Positions 62,658-64,000 of a stretch of DNA of 64,000 bases are shown one piece after another. This DNA comes from an uncultured Methanomicrobiaceae archaeon (GTDB lineage: Archaea; Halobacteriota; Methanomicrobia; Methanomicrobiales; Methanoculleaceae). Both the position numbers and the translations under genes were made by a program. The number at the start of each line of letters is the position of its first letter. Position 1 is the first letter of the stretch. The DNA lies in NCBI GenBank assembly GCA_963826525.1, contig CAWGXH010000004.1, positions 992,001 through 1,056,000 on the forward strand, written 5' to 3'. The notes below the pieces were generated by a model that searched no databases, was not told where the DNA came from, and saw nothing but the letters and a program-made list of their open reading frames with translations.

Positions 62658-64000
62658 AATACCAGAAGATCGTCGAGCGGCGTCGTTCCGGCGACGGCCC
62701 GGAACTCCTCCACATTTTTGAACGGCCGCTTTGCCGCTATCTGCGCCGCCCGCTTCTTTCCGATGCCCGGAATCCACGTAAGGGCACGTATCGGCAGGGT
62801 GTTGATCGCCACCGGAACGGGAAGGGCGGTCACGGAGCGCATCCCGTAGTCAACCACGGCCGCATCGAGCACGGTCTTTTCCGGGAGCTCCAGGGGGATG
62901 CCCGCGAGGATGGGGTACGACCCCATCTGGCGGCCGAACGACGGGTTCCCCGATGCCTCCACGATCAGTTCGCAAAGGACGGTGCCCACGGGGAAGACCC
63001 GCTGCAGCATCGGCTCGTCGAACTCCTTCCGTGTCCACTCCTTGAATGCCCGGAACTCGCGCTCGTGCTTCCCGAGGGTGTTCTCCTCGTACGCGCTCGT
63101 CCCCTCAAACGGCATCAGCTGCCTGATATTCACCCTGCGCACGAGGAGGCCTGCTTTGAGCACCCGCTCGAGGAACGCCCGGTCGGCCTCGAATGTCCGG
63201 GCAGTCTCTCCGGCAAGGCCGGTAACGAAGTTGAGGCCCGGCAGGAGTTCGGGGATGCCGTCCCGCCGCGTCCCGCCGACTTCGTTGACGATCTCGATCG
63301 CCCGGAAGACATCGTCCGGCATGGCCTTGAGGTTGTTTGCCGCGACCACCGCGGGATCGGCGGTCTCCATCCCGAACGCCGCGACGTCGCCCGGAGTGTG
63401 GCCGCGGACGATCGCCTCGAGCCCGGCCCGCGCCGCATCCTCATGATGGGCGATGGTCCCGGGGTTGATGTTGTCGATGTGCAGCGTCCGGAGTTCCGGA
63501 GCCCTCTCGCGGATGGCGGAGAAGAGTTCCTCCAGGAGTTCCGGGCGGGGTCTCGGAAACTCTTCGCCGCCCGTGCCGTAGGCGAGGAGGTCTGGCTGAC
63601 GGCCGAGACGGAAGTAGCGGGCACCGGCCGCGTAGAGTGCGGCAACTTCCTCCGCGATCGCCTCGATCGACCGGTACCGCGGCAGCCCGTAAAACGGCTC
63701 GGTGCAGAAGGAGCACCCGCCGGCAACGGCGCGGGAACACCCGACGGCCGTCTCGAGCTCGCACATGACGTACGGGAATGCGGGGTGCTCTGCAACGATG
63801 CCGCTCCCCGCGACGGTCCAGGGATCGGTCAGGGCGTAGTCTCCCGCACCCGCGGGCTCCCGGCCGGCGAGGTAGGCGTCGAGCGCGACGGCGGGGTTGC
63901 CGGAGAGCGTAACGGTAAAGCCGGAGATCGCCTGCCGGATCGCCTTTTTGCCGCCCTGCGGTGCGTAGCCGAAGGTGATGGGGCCGCCGATCGCCGTTGC
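62654..64000 (-). CDS. Radical SAM protein with TRAM and HhH domains (COG1031-like), 5' end outside the window
   Basis: ETAVGCSRAVAGGCSFC; GRQMGSYPIL; IPGIGKKRA. Confidence 0.85.
   Translation of the reverse strand, partial: ATAIGGPITFGYAPQGGKKAIRQAISGFTVTLSGNPAVALDAYLAGREPAGAGDYALTDPWTVAGSGIVAEHPAFPYVMCELETAVGCSRAVAGGCSFCTEPFYGLPRYRSIEAIAEEVAALYAAGARYFRLGRQPDLLAYGTGGEEFPRPRPELLEELFSAIRERAPELRTLHIDNINPGTIAHHEDAARAGLEAIVRGHTPGDVAAFGMETADPAVVAANNLKAMPDDVFRAIEIVNEVGGTRRDGIPELLPGLNFVTGLAGETARTFEADRAFLERVLKAGLLVRRVNIRQLMPFEGTSAYEENTLGKHEREFRAFKEWTRKEFDEPMLQRVFPVGTVLCELIVEASGNPSFGRQMGSYPILAGIPLELPEKTVLDAAVVDYGMRSVTALPVPVAINTLPIRALTWIPGIGKKRAAQIAAKRPFKNVEEFRAVAGTTPLDDLLVF

Overview
GC-rich archaeal DNA, most consistent with a Methanomicrobiales methanogen (Methanoculleus-like). 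This rests on a methanogen-type SerRS, an MsvR-like regulator, the archaeal rps15-DHH-pcc1-serS-rps3ae and dtdA-ftsZ-secE-spt5-rpl11-rpl1-rplP0-rpl12 clusters, and Thg1. Positions 1-20.7 kb, ending at the 3' end of tRNA-Thr(CGT), are accessory: envelope proteins, a MacB-type ABC exporter, MATE, AqpZ, a Cache lipoprotein, an IS1634 relic and degenerate repeats. Positions 20.7-64 kb are mostly core genes. About 20 genes, including essential ones (rpl11, rplP0, spt5, ileS), carry single-base frameshifts that are most likely assembly or read errors. The strongest observations are: (1) a local regulon with a duplicated promoter and a 20-bp palindromic operator, linking an XRE/DUF2178 regulator to a COG1361-ABC exporter and a secreted repeat protein; (2) an MsvR-type operator pair; (3) candidate uS15 and uL1 leader RNAs; (4) a CHASE4 sensor ending in a kinase-less HisKA-like helix with an H/D swap; (5) a Cache-only lipoprotein; (6) a solo degenerate Cas4; (7) an RNase Z exosite-like tail on DTD2. 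No CRISPR array or rRNA was seen. All family names come from motif recognition, not from database searches.
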